Positions 63,890-64,000 of a DNA stretch of 64,000 nucleotides are shown piece by piece (positions within the stretch are counted from its first letter, which is position 1; each line of letters starts with the position of its first letter). The translations under genes and the position numbers were made by a program. The notes below the pieces were generated by a model that was not told where the DNA came from, ran no database searches, and saw only the letters and a list, made by a program, of their open reading frames with translations. This stretch comes from Lingula anatina (Eukaryota > Animalia > Brachiopoda): assembly GCA_051362555.1 (NCBI GenBank), contig CM120646.1, positions 6,324,001 through 6,388,000 of the forward strand, read 5' to 3'.

Positions 63890-63891
<2 letters not shown>

Positions 63892-63939
<48 letters not shown>
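63892..63939. repeat. (CT)n microsatellite
   Basis: Direct reading. Confidence 0.95.
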
Positions 63940-63943
<4 letters not shown>

Positions 63944-64000
63944 ATGTACTAGAACACTTTCTTTTTTCCCCTTTGTTTACTGTAATGACATACATTGTGT

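Noticed and set aside
59986-64000. Search for the next STAT coding exon, including ORFs 63400-63597 and 63615-63812
   Set aside because: No frame resembles the STAT N-domain continuation; the next exon is probably beyond the window.

Overview
AT-rich, intron-containing animal genomic DNA. It is probably from a marine invertebrate such as a lophotrochozoan, which is inferred only from the style of the STAT N-terminus. From left to right the window holds: (1) a large minus-strand coding exon (1031 to <1, missed by the ORF track because it runs off the window) encoding a disordered N-terminus and an HAE...CxxC zinc-deaminase-like motif; (2) a single-coding-exon cytochrome-b5 front-end desaturase (minus strand) with an atypical HIEHH third His box; (3) a divergently oriented tandem array of four near-identical, single-coding-exon UDP-glycosyltransferases, all of which appear to lack the catalytic His/Asp dyad; (4) the 5' part of a STAT5-like gene, with a candidate non-coding exon ending at 43865 and the first coding exon at 59798-59985. 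The ~16 kb candidate first intron of the STAT gene appears enriched in STAT (GAS) sites and holds a triple IRF element. Many MITE families (5-bp-TSD hAT-like, PIF/Harbinger-like, Kolobok-like), a LINE 3' fragment and microsatellites are interspersed. All assignments come from manual reading and motif recognition; no database searches were run.
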